NCBI GenBank assembly: GCA_964016885.1
Contig: OZ024741.1
Span: 327,608,001 to 327,672,000, forward strand
Source: Eledone cirrhosa
Taxonomy: Eukaryota
Direction: 5' to 3'
DNA: 64,000 bases
Shown here: positions 51,031 through 64,000 of the stretch, one piece after another
Layout of the letters: each line of letters starts with the position of its first letter
Numbering within the stretch: the stretch's first letter is position 1
Notes under the pieces: generated by a model
Told to the model about the DNA's origin: nothing
Seen by the model: the letters and a program-made list of their open reading frames with translations, nothing else
Database searches by the model: none
Program-made: the position numbers and the translations under genes

Positions 51031-53352
51031 ATGGAAAAACACTACCTGGATATGTCACTCAAAAACATACCAACCCAAGGTAGAAAGGAATATTTATTGA
51101 GCATGATTCAAAAAACTAATGAATTCATTCGACGTATCAGGTGGAAAACGCTCCACTATGATAGAAGCCGTATGAACTCAACATTAGAAAGTGGTGTAAA
51201 CAACAAATTCGGTTTTAGGACTTGTAAAAACCCACCCACCAACCCACTATTAGATGCATTTGAGCAGGACCTTATGAACTTAATCCTTAAAATTAAATTC
51301 AAAGGACGCAACACCAACAGCAAATTACAGAAAGATATAAAAAAACTACTGGACGACCTTAAAAACACCAAAGGAATTGTAGTAAAAGCGGACAAAACAT
51401 CAAACCTGTACACTATGGATTGCACTACATACAACAACTTCATTCGAAAAGAATTACATAAAAAATATAGAAAAACGAGTGAAGTAACCCTTAAGCACAT
51501 CAATGATGAGGCATGCGAAATAGTGAAAAATCTCGGAATCGAAGATAGGACAGGACCACTCTTACCGGCGGTACCCACTTTCAATCTTAAGGACCACAAG
51601 GTAAACTTTGATAATGACCCTAAAATTAGATTAATCTGCCCCTCTAAATCAGATATAGGTAAAATAAGCAAATATATCTTAGATAGAATCATCCCCCAAA
51701 TTAAGGCTAAGGTTAACATTAAACTCTGGGGGAAGACCCAAGAAGCAATAAGATGGTTTAATAGCATTAGCAATAAGAATAAATCTAAGTTTATCCAGTT
51801 TGATATCGATGAATATTACTCATCGATATCACCTGAAACTTTGAATAGAGCCATTAAGTTTGCTAAGGATAACTCCGACCTTACAAACGATGAAATTAAG
51901 ATTATATTAGAAGCTAGGAAAACTATAGTCAAATTTGAGAACAGTTATTGGGTACGTAAAGATAGACCCTCTAACTTTGACATAACAATGGGCTCTAACG
52001 ATTCGGCGGAAATAACTGATATTGTGGGGTTATTTATCGCCTTTAGACTCCAGGAAAAATTCAGCAATCTCCACGGCGGAATATACCGCGACGATGTTCT
52101 CCTCCTAGCTAAAAACCTTAATAACCAAAAACTAGAAAAACTACGCAAAGATATAAGAAAACTACTACTCGAAATAGGACTAACTATAACATATGAATAC
52201 AACCTTAAAGTAGTTAACTTCCTGGATGTCACACTCAATTTAAACTCTGGTTTGATTAAACCGTTTCATAAATTGAATGAAAATCTCAAATACGTAAATG
52301 TTGGGTCTAACCACCCCATCTCTATAATTAAATCTATCCCTAAAAATATTTCCCTTAGAATCTCAGGTCTATCTTCTAACATACAAGTATTTAAGGAACA
52401 CGCCGAGTACTACGATAACGCCCTTAGTAAAGCAGGCTACCTCAACAAAATAGAGTACATAGATGGGAACAATCAAAACACCCAAAATAAATCCCACATA
52501 GGTAGATATAATAACACAACACCAAACCACACTTACTACCATAGTATGCACACCAGTAAACCAACAAACAAAACTAATAGAAAGCGATGCAAAGAGTACT
52601 TATGGTATAACCCCGAATACAATAGCTCCATTAGTACAAATTTACCAGTACTCTTCTTTAAAATAATTAAAAGACATTTTCCCACATCACACAAATACCA
52701 CAACATCCTAAACCCTACCACTATAAGACTGTCATACTCTACAGCGTTAAGCCTTGAACAACACATAAAAAAGATCAATACTAGAAGGTTAAACGAAAAC
52801 ACTAAGAACTTAAGTACAAAGAACCCCCAAAAAACAGTAGACAATACACTACAGAACATAAATAAACCACACCTAAGTTCGTCCGCAATACTACTCCAGA
52901 GAAAACCCAACGTACACAACTGTAACTGCACCTATCCTGACAACTGCCCCCTCGGCAATAACTGCCTGGAAAAAAATATTATTTATAAGTGTACCATTAA
53001 ATCCGGAGGCAACGAGTGGTATTACGTGGGATCAACGGCAACATCGTTTAAATCTCGATTGTATAGGCATTCTTACTCAATAAAACACCAGAGCCAAAGA
53101 AATGTAACAACTTTAGCAGAGAAAGCTTGGACGCTCAGGGATAGCAATCAAAAGTTTACCCTAAAATGGGAAAAATTAGCTAAAACCCAAAGCTTTTCCA
53201 GGAGCCAAAATTTCTGCAAATTGTGTAATCTTGAGATTTATTACATAATCACACACAAGAAGAAACTGCTGAATAACAGAATTGAACGAACATTATTCTG
53301 CCGTCACAGAACTAAAACCCTTTTTTCCCACTACAAGCCGAATATTACATAA
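51031..53352 (+). CDS. PLE polyprotein: reverse transcriptase + GIY-YIG endonuclease, 773 aa, intact
   Basis: ADKT, LKDHK, RLI, FDIDEYY, MGS, GIYRDD, NFLDVTLNL, SNHP, CNCx5CPL linker, IIYKC..YYVGST, CKLCxxE, LN, CRH. Confidence 0.95.
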   Translation: MEKHYLDMSLKNIPTQGRKEYLLSMIQKTNEFIRRIRWKTLHYDRSRMNSTLESGVNNKFGFRTCKNPPTNPLLDAFEQDLMNLILKIKFKGRNTNSKLQKDIKKLLDDLKNTKGIVVKADKTSNLYTMDCTTYNNFIRKELHKKYRKTSEVTLKHINDEACEIVKNLGIEDRTGPLLPAVPTFNLKDHKVNFDNDPKIRLICPSKSDIGKISKYILDRIIPQIKAKVNIKLWGKTQEAIRWFNSISNKNKSKFIQFDIDEYYSSISPETLNRAIKFAKDNSDLTNDEIKIILEARKTIVKFENSYWVRKDRPSNFDITMGSNDSAEITDIVGLFIAFRLQEKFSNLHGGIYRDDVLLLAKNLNNQKLEKLRKDIRKLLLEIGLTITYEYNLKVVNFLDVTLNLNSGLIKPFHKLNENLKYVNVGSNHPISIIKSIPKNISLRISGLSSNIQVFKEHAEYYDNALSKAGYLNKIEYIDGNNQNTQNKSHIGRYNNTTPNHTYYHSMHTSKPTNKTNRKRCKEYLWYNPEYNSSISTNLPVLFFKIIKRHFPTSHKYHNILNPTTIRLSYSTALSLEQHIKKINTRRLNENTKNLSTKNPQKTVDNTLQNINKPHLSSSAILLQRKPNVHNCNCTYPDNCPLGNNCLEKNIIYKCTIKSGGNEWYYVGSTATSFKSRLYRHSYSIKHQSQRNVTTLAEKAWTLRDSNQKFTLKWEKLAKTQSFSRSQNFCKLCNLEIYYIITHKKKLLNNRIERTLFCRHRTKTLFSHYKPNIT

Positions 53353-53621
53353 AAGAGGGACATCCCCCAACTATATAAACCTTAATCTAGTTAGAAAAAT
53401 ATAAAAACAATCTCTTTTCAACATGTATTAATAACCTTAAATTACCATACTAATAATGAAAAGATATGCTGATGAGAATAGGTACAAATATGCGATAATG
53501 AATGTGTCTAAAAACGTCCATAAGTATGTATATATATGTGAAAATGTATATAAATAAGTAAATATATATATATGTTTGATGTGTATAGTTGGATGTAAGT
53601 GTATTCATGTATTAAAGTGCT

Positions 53622-53656
<35 letters not shown>

Positions 53657-53679
53657 ATATGTGTGTATATATGTATGTG

Positions 53680-53712
<33 letters not shown>

Positions 53713-54453
53713 GTATACGTATATATGTATGTATATATGTGTATGTATGTATGTGTATATGGATGTGTATGTATGTGTATGTGTGTATACATGGACTAGA
53801 GTATGTATGTATATATGTGTGTGTCTATACGTGTGTATATATAAAGATAAGTTGAGTACGAAAATGTATACACATGAGCGCGTATGTATGTACATGAATA
53901 CATGTGTGTATATATATGTGTATGCATGTGTATATATATGTAAGTATGAATATGTGAATTGTGAGTATATGTATTTTGTAGAGGTGTGCAAATATATTTG
54001 TGTGTGAATGCGTGGGTGAAAGAATACGTACACTTGAAAGAAAAATTTAAGTCTGAATGTTAAGTGCAAACACAAAACCAACCACGCATATCTTTACTAT
54101 CTCTAATCCTTCTATAGATTTAGAAAAATAACCAATAATATATTCTATAAAAAATGTCAAAACAACAGATGGGAATCTAATTAATCACTGCCACCAAGAA
54201 TTCTCACTGCTATCGAAAAACCACTCCTTCAACTATTCTTCTAACAACTTCACCCCTTCCTCCTAATATTCTCTATAAAAACTAAATAGGTCCTCAGTAA
54301 TATTATCCTGATGAAATGACAGTAAATAATAACATTGAAATATTGAATGTCTGCATAACAAAAAGTTTGTAGATAGCTGTTTTAGGTTATGTAACTGTTA
54401 TAGAAACACGTGTCAATAAATTCCTTTCAACTAAACTGTATCCATTCAAATCT

Positions 54454-54545
<92 letters not shown>

Positions 54546-54640
54546 TCATATATATTTATATACATATATACATATAAAAATATATATAACTATATATATA
54601 TATATCTATATATACATATATATATATATACATATAAATA

Positions 54641-54680
<40 letters not shown>

Positions 54681-54748
54681 CATATATATATATTTATATA
54701 TATATTTATATACATATATATATATATTTATATATATATATATATATT

Positions 54749-54846
<98 letters not shown>

Positions 54847-55762
54847 CATATATATATATTTAATACAATAACAGAGATAGTTTAATGCTAAAATCTGACT
54901 GGTAACCATCTCACTCAACGAACATTAGGTTATATTAAAATATAAACCCAATTTAAGTGTTTGGGGTGCTAACAATATGTATAATGTGGAAAAACCAGTT
55001 GTATTATTTTATGAGATATAATTAAAGTTAAAGTATATCTCTCTTTCCAAACAATTGTTTCATTATAAGTTTTCTACAAGTTTGGGAGAATGTTTCCAGT
55101 TTATGTAGTATCCTAATATATATTCATGTAAGAATATATTTAGGTGGGCACTTATAAATCATTAGTGGAAGCCCATTAAACATTGATATAAGAAAACAAT
55201 TTCTTATCGACGTCAAAAATCATGTCCGTAAAGTAGCTCTCTCTCGCCTCGAATGACCGCCAAATTTGAAATTCCAGCAGTTTTTGACTGAGGAAGTATC
55301 ATAGCGACACGAAGCGGGAAGGGGAGACAACTCACGAAATGATGGAAAAAATAATATACACGCGGGTTAATTAGTTTTTTTTAAAACATTATCAATCCAA
55401 CGTGTTTAAGAACTCAATTAAAAATAAAAAAATAAATACATGCTTGTATAAATTACACACGCATATAGATATTTTCTTAGGCTAAATCAGAAGTTGTACC
55501 CGAATAAGAATCGCTTCTCATAACCGCAGTAAATGCAGAGAGTTATGCTATAAAGGGCAAATGGGAATATAATTCTCCGGCCGAATTATTAAGAGTAAAA
55601 TATAAATATAAATATATATATATTTATATATATATATCCAAAATTAAGATAAATTAAATCAAATTAAATTAAATTAAATTAAGGGTGTCATGCCGGATAG
55701 ACATACGCCATATCACCCGTAAAATATGCTCCACGATTCTAATGAATAGATCCGAGCATTTT

Positions 55763-56348
55763 ATATCAACTAGAAATTGATTGACATATAAATAAAGATA
55801 TGAAACAGGGGATAATTTGTAAAACTGTGTAAGCACACATAGCTAGGTAGGTAACTAAATAAAGTTTAACTAGAGCTTCAAAAATAGATACCTTATAAAA
55901 TGATTAATCTTCCTTGTATATATTCCATTAAAGAAATTGTAGAGCTAACTCAGTTGAAAGGACTTGACTGCTGTTTCTAGTTGTCGATAACCCTATTCCC
56001 GCCACCGGGACGAAGCTGGTATGATGTGTGTATTTTTAGTAAATACGTGTTACTAGCCAGTCGCTGATTTGAATTTGATGCGTAAACACAGATGGTTGGA
56101 CCACTTCCTTGTTGAAAATCCAGGATCTGGCTTCTGTCGTTTACCAATCGATTAATTGGTGAAATATATTTCTTTAATGGAATATATACAAGGAAGATTA
56201 ATCATTTTATAAGGTATCTATTTTTGACGCTCTAGTTAAACTTTATTTAGTTACCTACCTAGCTATGTGTGCTTACACACTTTTACAAATTATCCCCTGT
56301 GATTGTTTCATATGTTTATTTATATGTCAATCAATTTCTAGTTGATAT
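55763..56348. repeat. Inverted-repeat element (55763-55937 / 56168-56348)
   Basis: ~175-bp arms are visibly reverse-complementary and lie between (TA)n tracts. Confidence 0.7.
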
Positions 56349-56394
56349 GTATATTTATATATTTATATACATTTATATATATTTATATATATAT

Positions 56395-58060
56395 ATCTTA
56401 GTGTAACATTGATGCAATTCAATTCAAGCACTCAACGTACTTATTCCACATAGGATTGACGGAGTAATTATCGAATAAGGAAAAGCGAAGTAGTTTCAGA
56501 TGTTCAAGTCTTTTAATAATAATGATGTGATATATATTCCAATGGCGAAAGTGGCCACACTGTTCTGTGCGCCAGTTTCGCGACATCGTCAGAGAGCTTG
56601 TTACATAATAAGGTTATCTTTCCGAGGCAATCCAAATTGAATCGACAGAACAGTGTGGCCACTTTCGCCATTGAAATATATATCACAGCATTATTATTAA
56701 AAGACTTGAACATCTGAAACTACTTCGCTTTTCCTTATTCGATATTTACTCCGTCACTCCTATGTGGAATAAGTACGTTGAGTGCTTGAATTGAATTGCA
56801 TCAATATTTACCCTAAGAATTTAGCTCCAATTAGTTGAGCGCTCTATGATGTAACCGATATGGTGGAGAGGAGAGGAACCAACCACGAGCTACACCCGGA
56901 AATTCCCTCTACCATGGGATGGAAACCCCTGACACTGGACGGACATAATAATAACTTTCGGCAGGATAAATACACGGAAACAAAAACAAAGATAAACCCC
57001 TATTTTTCTGTACCAAATCGCATTTGAACTGAAGCCTCCTCAATTCAATCTATACATGGACAAATTGACAATAATATGGTTCATTTTGCATATATATACT
57101 CTATGTGTTGTTGCATTCATTCATTCATTCATTGGTTCTTTTCTTTTGTGTACTTTATATATGTTTTTATTGGTTTTGTTCCATGTGATGGAAATTATGA
57201 CTATGTACCCGATTAACTACTACATTTCATACTGTAATTTACCCTCAGTTCTACTGTAAGGTACCATCGTTCAGTATGTAGATAGTGTAACTGTAACATT
57301 TGGACCCCTTTCAGAACTTCTTACTTAAATATCTCTCTGCATATTATTTACTCACTTAAATCTATATTTTTTTACTCACCTCAATCCGGATTCTCACTTG
57401 AAAATTTTTTAATCGTTTAATTCCTAATTGTTAATTTTTTAATTTCTAATTTCTGATACTTGATTTAGGATTTTCGATTTCAAATTGTAAATTTTAGTTC
57501 TCATTTCACTTATAACTTCCAATATGAAACCATGATACACAGAATTAAATATTTTCTTAGGCGTTGATGTTCAGTTATACTTTCTTGCTTAGTGAGAGGT
57601 AGTAAAGAGACCTGTAAATACTAACACTCTCCCATCCCCACTGGCTTTCGGCTGATTGCCACAGAGAGGATGGGTAGCAGTAAAATACGGTGTAGGCTTG
57701 AATGGGTCATTGTTTGGCTGAGAGGGGGAAATGAGTAAGCGAATGTCGTTGAAATCTGCGGTAGCTAATGGTCAACTTCCCCCTGGACCTGCGCTTGCGA
57801 AGACCAGTGGGGGTCACGTGGAACAGGGGAACGGACGAAGAACCCAAAAGCACATACTTCGTCCGTTCCCATGTCGATTCAATTTGGATTGCCTAGGAAA
57901 CATAACCTTATTAGGTAACAAGCTGTCTGACGATGTCGCGAAACTGGCGCACAGAACACTGTGGCAACTTTCGCCATTGAAATATATATCACAGCATTAT
58001 TATTAAAAGACTTATTATTAAAAGACTTGAACATCTGAAACTACTTCGCTTTTCCTTAAT
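56395..58060. mobile_element. Non-autonomous element with inverted ends and decayed HHR-like CTGACGA tgtcgc GAAA (~56570-56595 -, ~57923-57954 +)
   Basis: 56395-56645 is inverted relative to 56645-56818 and 57873-58058. Confidence 0.55.
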
Positions 58061-58064
58061 CTCT

Positions 58065-58135
<71 letters not shown>

Positions 58136-58139
58136 TATA

Positions 58140-59548
58140 GTTTTGCGAGGTTTTTTATATGAAATCGTGTGTCGAAACAAATATTGTTATACTTGGGAAG
58201 GGTCATATTTGTGTAATATTGCCAGAATTAATAACAGAACACACTCACTGTCCGCCTACATTGTATGTCTACGCCATCTTTATTTAGTCTGTTTATATAT
58301 TTATTTATTTATTTGTTTGTTTGTTTATTTTATTATGTATTCTTTGCGCATGCGTTTGCGCGTGTGTATAGTGTTTTGTTTGATGTGTGTTCGTGATTGG
58401 GTGACTGTGTATCGGTTAATGTATTCTATCTTTACTAGTGTGTGTTTATATGTGTTTGTTGTTATTGTGCTTGTGTATGCATTTATTTATTTATTTATCT
58501 ATTTATTTATTTATTTATACTTCTCTTAGGTCAGTGTTGTTTGTTTGGGTGTTGTTGTTATTCCATTCATTCTTTCTGTTTAGTCTTGGCCTTCTAAGTT
58601 CTATTTCACTGGCCTCTCTGATATGCCTATCTGCTGGGTCATTTCTATGTTTAGATATTATTCTAATTTCTATGTTGTCTATGTTACCGTCGTGTTGTTG
58701 TCTGGCATGTTCGTATAGTACTGACCCGTATGTTCGTCCTTTTAGTTCCCTCCAGTGTTGGTCTAACCTTTCACCTATGCTACGAGCTGTTTCAGCTATG
58801 TATGTTGTTGTCATATTTCTGCAAGTACCCTCTGTACATCTTATGCTATAGACAACGTTTCTAGTTTTACAGTTTATCCGGAGGTTTACCTTACATATGA
58901 TACATTTCCTATAAGTACAGTGGGTTTTCTTAAAAGGGTAGGGTTTGCTGATCAGGTACTTGCAGAAAGGATGAATGGAATAACAACAACACCCAAACAA
59001 ACAACACTGACCTAAGAGAGGTATAAATAAATAAATAAATAGATAAATAAATAAATAAATAAATACATATACAAGCACAATAACAACAAACACATATAAA
59101 CACACACTAGTAAAGATAGAATACATTAAACCATACACAGTCACCCAATCACGAACACACATCAAACAAAACACTATACATACGCACAAACGCATGCGCA
59201 AAGAAGACAAAATAAAATAAACAAACAAACAAATAAATAAATAAATATATAAACAGACTAAATAAAGATGGCGTAGACATACAATGTAACGGGAGGAAAC
59301 AATAGCACCACTGACGATGTTGCAGATGTGCAACGAAAGAACTTTGATAAACTATATATATGTGTTTGTGTCTATATTGTATCTGTATTATTTTTTACGG
59401 TTAGTCAGTCAATGGCAACATTGAGGACCGAATAAATTAGATTACCGATATAAAAGACACAGAAGCGAAAAGCGAAAACCAACCAAACAGTGAGTGTGTT
59501 CTGTTATTAATTCTGGCAATATTACACAAATATGACCCTCCCCAAGTA

Positions 59549-59551
<3 letters not shown>
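58140..59551 (-). mobile_element. PLE GIY-YIG remnant (58515-58960 -) with inverted arm and HHR at ~59301-59356 (+); same family as 14350-15800
   Basis: [33 protein letters not shown]; CTGACGA t gttgca gatg tgcaac GAAA g aa c TT. Confidence 0.88.
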
Positions 59552-59613
<62 letters not shown>

Positions 59614-59672
59614 TTATATATATATATATTTATATATATATATATTTATATATTTATATGTATATATTTATA

Positions 59673-59799
<127 letters not shown>

Positions 59800-59966
59800 A
59801 TATATATACATTGTTATACTTTGGGAGGGTCATGTTGCCAATAAGAAACACACGCACCAGTTGCTTTCACTTCAATTTAATTTATTATATATTTATAAAT
59901 TTACAAATTTATAAATTTCCGGTTGGTTGGTTGGTTCCACAACCAGATATTTGTTTATATATATAT

Positions 59967-60011
59967 AGTCATAGTTCTTTCGTCACACACTCTGTGACCT
60001 CTTCAGTGACT
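59967..60011 (-). ncRNA. Type I hammerhead in the 3' UTR of the 921-aa ORF
   Basis: agtca-CTGAAGA-g gtcaca gagtg tgtgac-GAAA-g aa c-TA-tgact; stem II covaries with gttgca/tgcaac of the related family. Confidence 0.85.
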
Positions 60012-60239
60012 GGGGATTTCTTTCTTCGTTTCTGTGCCTTTCCTTTCTTCTATCCTACGCCATTTTGTTTGTGTGTGGGTTGCGTGCTCAGTTTGCGCAT
60101 GCGCCACATCCGGGTGTCTGTGTGTGTTTGTGTTCATTTTTCTATTTTTCTATTTATATTTTTCTATTTGTTTGTTTATTTATTTATTTATTGTTGGTTG
60201 GTTGTTTGTTCTATGTGTGTGTGTGTTTTCATTTTGTCC

Positions 60240-63005
60240 TTAATTGTAAGTTGTGATGTTGCTGTTCCACTCATATTTTCTATTTAATTTTGGTTTTAAT
60301 TCTTTTATGCTTACTGCCTCTGTAATTTGCCTAAACATTGCGTCTTTCTTGTGTGTGGATTCTATTTTTATTTCTATGCTCTCTAATTTACCCCTGTGTT
60401 CTATCTTAGCATGTTGGTAGAGCACAGATGATTCTTTACTATCTTGGAGGTCTCGCCAGTGTTCATTTATTCGTTCCCCTATACTACGAGCTGTCTCACC
60501 TATGTACACTATATTTTTGTTTCTACATTGTCCTTCAGTACATCTTATGCTATATACTACATTTCTAGTTTTACAGTTAATATGGGGGCTTATTTTACAG
60601 GTTATACATTTCTTATCTATACATGAGGGTCTTTGGAACGGGTATGTCTTGCTAATAAGTGTTTTTACGGAGGTACCAGGTCTTTCTACTATCTTAATAT
60701 TGAGATTATGTTTCTTTAGGGCCCTTCTAAATTTGTAGGCTAGTTCGCCTCTAGGGGTTGTATTGATGAACATTACACTCTGGTATTTATTGCTATCATA
60801 CCATGAGTTTATTCTATTGGCCTTGTTCTTAGTTCTTTCTATTCTATTCCAAAATTTGCTCCTATACAAGGGGCAGGTCCCATTTATATCATTATTTACC
60901 ACTTTTTCCCATTTGGTTCTGGCTCCTTTTTTGACTCCACATTTACCAATACCAAACTGCATACATATATCACTGCTGAAAATACGGACAGTGTCAACAA
61001 GCACATCCAACCCCTTCTCACTTTTCCCGAAGAGCTTAAGATCGTCCATGAAGAGGAGGTGATTGATGGTAAGCTCTCCCCTTCCCAACTTGTATCCTGC
61101 TCTCACTTTTCGCAGCATAATGGTCAAGGGCATCAGGGCAAGGACAAACAACAGAGGGGACAGGCTATCTCCCTGGAAGATACCTCTCTTGATCTTCACG
61201 CTTCCCAAGGATACTCCAGTTGATGTCAACTCTGTCTCCCAGGACCCCATACTCCTGCCCAGCAACTGTCTGATGTTATCTGCCACCCTGAAGATCTCCA
61301 GGCTTTTGGTGATCCAGGAATGAGGCACCATGTCAAATGCCTTTCTGTAGTCTATCCATCCCATGGCAAGATCAGTGTGTCTCCTCCTGCAATTCCCCAT
61401 TACCATCTTATCAATAAGCAACTGGTCCTTTGTACCACGTGACTTCTTTCGGCATCCTTTCTGTTCGTCCGGCAACAAGTTGTTTGTGTGGAGGTGATGG
61501 TAGATTTCCTCAGACACAATGCTCGTCAACAGTTTCCACATTACGGGCAGACATGTGATAGGTCTATAGTTGGTAACATCATTACCCTTGATTCGGTCTT
61601 TCATTATCAGAACTGTGGTACCTTTTGTCAACCACTCTGGCACCTCACCCGACACCAAGCAGTCATTGAACATGGCCGTCAGCTTCGGGTGGAGGGATGT
61701 TAAATGTTTAATCCAATACCCCTGCACACCATCTGGGCCTGGTGATTTCCAGTTGGTTAGTTTTTTGGCTTGCCCCTTAAGAGTTTCAACTGTGATACTC
61801 AAATCAGTCTGTTGCTGTGCCTGCTCACCGATCTCCCTCTGTACTGTCTCAATCCACCCTGCCTGGACATTGTGTCTAACATCCTGCTCCCATATTCCTC
61901 TCCAGAATGTTTTAGCTTGTTCCGCCCCAGGGATCAAGTCGTTGCCTCTTTCTTTCCCCTCAAGCTGTCCAAACAGCATCTTCTGGTTGTTGTCGAACAT
62001 GCGGTTCTGTTTATACTGACTGACTCTGTTCTCGTATCGCCTGATTTTGGCACTCTTTGCTACAATGCGTTGCTTCAGCTCCTCTATGATAATATTTAGC
62101 TTTTTACTCCTAGTTTTGTATTTTATTTCCAGTCTATTTTTAGTGCCTATGTTTTTTAGTGTCCCATTCAGTAGTGACTCAAGCTTTCCTATGTCATTTC
62201 TCATTTCCCCGATTTGCCCACTCAGTCGCTTCTTCCACCACGGCTCTGCTCTTTCTTGTCTGTTGTTTCCTCTCGCTTTTATACCAAGTAGTTTCCTCAC
62301 CGTATTTGCTGTTGCTTTGAGGATATTGTTGCACTGGTGAAGACTCCTCGCCTCAAGGTATGGGATGACTTTGTTTACCTTAGCTGTTGTTTCTTTTAAC
62401 TTTTTCCTGTCTACAAATCTTAGGTTCATAGGTCTCCCACTATCATTGTTCAACTCATCTACCACTAAATTTAGGATGTCAACCGAATCTTGTCCTAGCC
62501 CGTCAGCACTCATCTCCTCAGTGGCCGTATCTCTGTTCCAGGTATTATTTATCTCAGTATTCAGATCATTGTCTGCTTCGGGTGGTTCCTCCGTTCTCAG
62601 GACCTCCTCACCTTCATTTCCCGCCGGCTCGCTTGTCTGGCATACTACACCCGCCATCTCCAAGCCATTCTCTCTGTTCAGTTCCTCCAGTTCCAGCTCG
62701 CTTATCCACCCATTTGTTCTTATTACCCGAGCCTGCCCGGCCAATTTTTGTTCATCTAATTTAAATAAACCAATCTCGTTCCAGATGTTATGCATCCGTC
62801 TCCTGTAGCCCCTCTCCTTGGGGTTACTTTTCAGGTAGCATTGCATAACAGTTCTATTCAATTCTTTCGTCCAGTTGGTTCTGGCCCCTTTCCTTCTTCT
62901 TCTTCCTCCAACATCAGCAGTATTTGGTTGACAGTCAGGTTCCTGCTGCTGAGCCAGGGGGCACCTGTTGGGTGAGAGTCTGTCACATGACGTTCTAGTC
63001 TCCAT
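60240..63005 (-). CDS. 921-aa chimeric ORF: R4/Dong-like N-terminus + RT core fused in frame to PLE linker + GIY-YIG endonuclease
   Basis: [63 protein letters not shown]; then [39 protein letters not shown]. Confidence 0.85.
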   Translation of the reverse strand: METRTSCDRLSPNRCPLAQQQEPDCQPNTADVGGRRRRKGARTNWTKELNRTVMQCYLKSNPKERGYRRRMHNIWNEIGLFKLDEQKLAGQARVIRTNGWISELELEELNRENGLEMAGVVCQTSEPAGNEGEEVLRTEEPPEADNDLNTEINNTWNRDTATEEMSADGLGQDSVDILNLVVDELNNDSGRPMNLRFVDRKKLKETTAKVNKVIPYLEARSLHQCNNILKATANTVRKLLGIKARGNNRQERAEPWWKKRLSGQIGEMRNDIGKLESLLNGTLKNIGTKNRLEIKYKTRSKKLNIIIEELKQRIVAKSAKIRRYENRVSQYKQNRMFDNNQKMLFGQLEGKERGNDLIPGAEQAKTFWRGIWEQDVRHNVQAGWIETVQREIGEQAQQQTDLSITVETLKGQAKKLTNWKSPGPDGVQGYWIKHLTSLHPKLTAMFNDCLVSGEVPEWLTKGTTVLIMKDRIKGNDVTNYRPITCLPVMWKLLTSIVSEEIYHHLHTNNLLPDEQKGCRKKSRGTKDQLLIDKMVMGNCRRRHTDLAMGWIDYRKAFDMVPHSWITKSLEIFRVADNIRQLLGRSMGSWETELTSTGVSLGSVKIKRGIFQGDSLSPLLFVLALMPLTIMLRKVRAGYKLGRGELTINHLLFMDDLKLFGKSEKGLDVLVDTVRIFSSDICMQFGIGKCGVKKGARTKWEKVVNNDINGTCPLYRSKFWNRIERTKNKANRINSWYDSNKYQSVMFINTTPRGELAYKFRRALKKHNLNIKIVERPGTSVKTLISKTYPFQRPSCIDKKCITCKISPHINCKTRNVVYSIRCTEGQCRNKNIVYIGETARSIGERINEHWRDLQDSKESSVLYQHAKIEHRGKLESIEIKIESTHKKDAMFRQITEAVSIKELKPKLNRKYEWNSNITTYN

Positions 63006-63372
63006 TTCACCGTTATTCGAACTGTTTATGTTCGATATTTAAACACTCTTATCGAGGATTTTCCCCCCTCTTCTCTGTCCGTCCGCCTGCTTCTCTCTTC
63101 ATTCTTATTTTCTTTACGTTTTTGGGGTTTCTTTTTTTGTTTTTGTTTTTCTCTGTTTTTCTCGTTTTTTACTGTTGTTGCTGTGCTGCTTTTGTTGTTT
63201 GTTTTTTCTTTTTTCTTTTGAGTCTATCTATATATTTTGATGCCTTCCTCTTTGTTAGTAGTAGGAATTCTATAATGTGGAAGTGGTAGCCAGCAGAGAC
63301 TGGCGGCGTTGGCGATACTGAGACAGTGGTGGTGGTGATGTCGATACCGAGGCAGTGGTGGCGGTGATGCGA

Positions 63373-64000
63373 CCGTATTACTGTAGTGATGGTGCTGTAG
63401 CGGTGGCAGCAGCAGTGAAGGAGTCAGGGGGTGGTGGCGGCGTGATGGGATAGTGGTGGTAATGATGGCCGTAGTGAGCGGTGGCGGTGAAGGTGAAAAT
63501 GCTGTTGTGTTTAGTGTACACAGATGATGGGGTGGGTGGTGTATCTAGTTTCTGGTGTTGGTGAGTTTCGCTGTCCTATATAGTGTAGCCAGAGGAGAGG
63601 AGGGGGGGGGGTTCTTCTTCTTCCATTTATAGCCATTTTATTTATTTTTTTTTTTTTTTGGATATACAGTGTACAATACAAAGTTGAATATTTGAATATT
63701 AGAGCCGTATTACTGTAGTGATGGTGCTGTAGCGGTGGCAGCAGCAGTGAAGGAGTCAAGGGGTGGTGGCGGCGGTGATGGGATAGTGGTGGTAATGATG
63801 GCCGTAGTGAGCGGTGGCGGTGAAGGTGAAAATGCTGTTGTGTTTAGTGTACACAGATGATGGGGTGGGTGGTGTATCTAGTTTCTGGTGTTGGTGAGTT
63901 TAGCTGTCCTATATAGTGTAGCCAGAGGAGAGGAGGGGGGGGGTTCTTCTTCTTCCATTTATAGCCATTTTTTTTTGGATATACAGTGTACAATACAAAG
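63373..64000. repeat. Tandem repeat, ~332-bp GGT-rich unit, about two copies, running off the window
   Basis: ccgtattactgtagtgatggtgctgtagc starts at 63373 and 63705. Confidence 0.85.

Larger units (their letters stand above)
49371..54458 (+). mobile_element. Full-length Naiad-like Penelope-like element: inverted tip 49371-49536, pLTR ~49573-50866, ORF, pLTR 53164-54458
   Basis: Near-identical ~1.3-kb direct repeats overlapping the ORF 3' end; 49371-49536 is the reverse complement of 50812-50978; (TA)n on both sides. Confidence 0.95.

Noticed and set aside
51031-53352. Selenoprotein-type Naiad
   Set aside because: No in-frame TGA in this ORF.

Overview
AT-rich animal genomic DNA with no recognisable host gene. 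A SINE at about 14.2 kb resembles cephalopod SINEs, so the taxon is a weak inference. The window is a dense pile of retroelements, mostly separated by (TA)n/(CA)n microsatellites. Penelope-like elements (PLEs) include one apparently intact Naiad-like element (773-aa RT + GIY-YIG ORF, 51031-53352) and many 5'-truncated or inverted PLE ends. There is also a decayed RTE-group LINE, a decayed R4/Dong-like retrotransposon, and an open 921-aa chimeric ORF joining an R4/Dong-type N-terminus and RT to a PLE GIY-YIG endonuclease. Bases 1-8612 form a giant inverted repeat. Reading both strands by eye gave roughly 50 hammerhead-ribozyme (HHR)-like motifs from about 20 sequence families, several in non-coding tandem units of about 320-540 bp (retrozyme-like). 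The most unusual signal is a branched, permuted (type II-order) HHR-like motif with a covarying 6-bp pseudoknot, found in two related ~520-540-bp repeat families (25279-25379 +; three copies at 26.1-27.3 kb -). All folds were derived by hand, no cleavage was tested, and element boundaries are approximate.
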